Shown here piece after piece: positions 61,803-63,390 of a stretch of 63,390 bases of DNA. The stretch is from a virus. Within the stretch, counting starts at the first letter, position 1. Each line of letters opens with the position of its first letter. The notes below the pieces were generated by a model. It did no database searches. It was given only the letters and a program-made list of their open reading frames with translations, and had not been told where the DNA came from. The position numbers and the translations under genes are program-made. The stretch covers positions 1 to 63,390 of IMG/VR virus record IMGVR_UViG_3300019458_000008. One strand, given 5' to 3'.

Positions 61803-62729
61803 ATGGCATCGTCAAAGAAGCCAGAACAGGAAACTAGGGAACCAACAAGCGAAGAGATCGCGGCACAGTTCGATATCAAGAACATCGTACCGGTCTCACG
61901 CGAAGAGCTGCCAGTAATCGAGGAAGGCAAGTTGGCGCTTGTTCACTCGAAGGCGGTCGAAGAAGCTAACCAGATGGCAGGCAAGGATATTGTCGAAGAG
62001 CCATTTCGAGCCATTTCAGTGGATGAACCGGTAGTAGTTCGGCCGGCTGCCCCTGTTGATGTATCCCCAGAGGGTGTCAACGCACAGCTGCTAGAGGTCA
62101 TCGAGTCCCTCCGGGGACAGGTTGATTCCCTGAACCGCCGGGTCCAGCAACAGCAGGGCCGAGTGGACCGGGTTGAACAAGCTGCCGACGATGGTGGCGA
62201 GACTGGCTTCCCCTGGATGTACTACAAACGGCCTAACATGGGGCCGGCAGCTGGCTGGATTGTAACTGGTCCAGGTGGTTCAGCTACCCCGGGAGGGAAC
62301 CGCCGAAACATTGGAGCCTATGCCCTATACACTCACAAGGGCTTCAAGCCCTTACCTGAGTATGGGGTCCTTGACCCTCCGGGTACGGATACTCGCGTGG
62401 GCGCCCAATTCCGACTCATCTTGGCGAATGGGGGAGCGAAGGAGTTCCCTGTGGCACAGGTCTTGGCCTATCGTTGGCATGTAGATCCGCCTATCGCTGG
62501 CCTTAGGTTCCCACAGATTGAAGCAGTGAGGGACCAGATTCGGCAGTTTGCTTGCGATGAGTGCGACTTCGAGTGCTGGTTCATCGACGGCGATCGAGAT
62601 ACTGCCCGAGCGTGTTTCCAGCACCTAACCAAAACGCATGACTACACACGTAGGGAAGCATCTCTAACCCTGGAATCGCAGAGCATCACAACCGTGGCGC
62701 CTTTCGCGGTCCAGGCAGACAAAGCATAA
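61803..62729 (+). CDS. hypothetical virion protein
   Basis: 308 aa with AAGGAG upstream. Confidence 0.65.
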   Translation: MASSKKPEQETREPTSEEIAAQFDIKNIVPVSREELPVIEEGKLALVHSKAVEEANQMAGKDIVEEPFRAISVDEPVVVRPAAPVDVSPEGVNAQLLEVIESLRGQVDSLNRRVQQQQGRVDRVEQAADDGGETGFPWMYYKRPNMGPAAGWIVTGPGGSATPGGNRRNIGAYALYTHKGFKPLPEYGVLDPPGTDTRVGAQFRLILANGGAKEFPVAQVLAYRWHVDPPIAGLRFPQIEAVRDQIRQFACDECDFECWFIDGDRDTARACFQHLTKTHDYTRREASLTLESQSITTVAPFAVQADKA

Positions 62730-62763
62730 CCTATAATATATACTGAAAGTAGAGGACAATGAT

Positions 62764-62883
62764 ATGCCAATGGTAGGCGGAAAGCACTACCCGTATACGG
62801 CAGCTGGTAAGAAGGCTGCCTCTGCGGCCCGCAAGAAGGATAAGGCCAACAAGCTGAAGAAGGGCGGACGGAAGAACCGCTAA
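62764..62883 (+). CDS. 39-aa highly basic peptide
   Basis: Not in the ORF track. Sequence is MPMVGGKHYPYTAAGKKAASAARKKDKANKLKKGGRKNR. It is preceded by the TATACTGAAAGTAGAGGA leader motif. Confidence 0.45.
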   Translation: MPMVGGKHYPYTAAGKKAASAARKKDKANKLKKGGRKNR

Positions 62884-62963
62884 GCAGCGATACGTCCGAT
62901 AGTGGCAGCCGGCGGCCTACGGCCGGAGTTCCTACGATCATCCAGAGAAAGGGATCATAGACA

Positions 62964-63390
62964 ATGGCAAACGAGTTCACCCCGTTCAGTAATCAGTTTT
63001 ACGGACGGGCCTTTGCACGGAGCCGGCTACGCGATGTGCTGGCTCCCGACGAGCCGGTCTTCCGGCTTCTAGAGACGCTGACTGAGGACGTATACATCTT
63101 CGATGATGAGTTTATCAGTGCGCTCAATACGAATGTCTGGACCGCCTCAAACAGTGGTGGCGCCGGCGTTAGCAACTTCGCCCGGCTGGCCAACCAGACC
63201 GGCGGAGTAATCGAGGGGAACCCTGGCACGGACAACGCTGGGGATGTACGCCTATTCACGACCAACAATGAGTGCTGGTCGATTGATAATAGGCCGCTAG
63301 CCATTGCGCGGGTACAGCCCCGGACTGCAATCGGTGATAGCAAGTTCGAGTTCGGATTTGCTGACGCGGTAGCTGCCGGTCAAGTACTTG
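62964..63390 (+). CDS. 5' part of wrap-around ORF (continues at nt 124 to 479)
   Basis: ATG at 62964 (MANEFTPFSNQF..). The frame runs off the window end and re-enters through the terminal duplication. Confidence 0.7.
   Translation, partial: MANEFTPFSNQFYGRAFARSRLRDVLAPDEPVFRLLETLTEDVYIFDDEFISALNTNVWTASNSGGAGVSNFARLANQTGGVIEGNPGTDNAGDVRLFTTNNECWSIDNRPLAIARVQPRTAIGDSKFEFGFADAVAAGQVL
63268..63390. repeat. terminal direct repeat, copy 2
   Basis: Identical to nt 1-123. Confidence 0.95.

Noticed and set aside
1-63390. CRISPR arrays, diversity-generating retroelement, integrase/attP, toxin-antitoxin pairs
   Set aside because: I found no regularly spaced direct repeats with unique spacers. There is no reverse-transcriptase motif (YxDD) near the fibre repeats. 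No tyrosine or serine recombinase motifs were recognised on either strand.

Overview
The window is an essentially complete dsDNA tailed-phage genome. Nt 1-123 are identical to nt 63268-63390, so the unique length is 63,267 nt and one ORF (62964 -> 479) runs across the artificial ends. There are two arms. The plus-strand morphogenesis arm (about 42.9 kb -> end -> 11.9 kb) encodes a small terminase, an intein-split large terminase, a portal, Gly/Gln-rich proteins, a 1923-aa giant protein, a scaffold, the major capsid protein, ConA/LamG-like proteins and a 1277-aa fibre. The minus-strand arm (about 40.4 -> 11.8 kb) encodes an intein-containing family A DNA polymerase, family 4 UDG, a DinG/XPD-like helicase, a PD-(D/E)XK nuclease, a P-loop ATPase, an ERCC4 nuclease, an MT-A70 methylase, an RNase H-like exonuclease, nucleotide-metabolism genes and a lysis cassette. 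A tRNA island (25.1-27.5 kb) holds about 10 readable tRNAs plus degenerate tRNA-like pieces, an HNH gene and a large hairpin. No integrase, repressor, RNA polymerase, reverse transcriptase or CRISPR array is recognisable. The main find is a compact operon at 34.6-38.9 kb with a ThiS/MoaD-like Ubl carrying a masked GG, a minimal E1, a JAMM protease and a 626-aa UBC-like protein with a Cys-rich tail. That is a full ubiquitin-like conjugation parts list carried by a phage. Other points are a conserved CTTGACA-N7-TATAAT promoter-like motif, a 1.1-kb repeat-rich non-coding switch/origin-like region, inteins of two mechanistic classes, a tandem MSDQ gene-cassette array with 77-bp perfect junction repeats, and tRNAs with non-canonical C33/G8. 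All functional calls come from motifs read by eye. No searches or folding programs were run.
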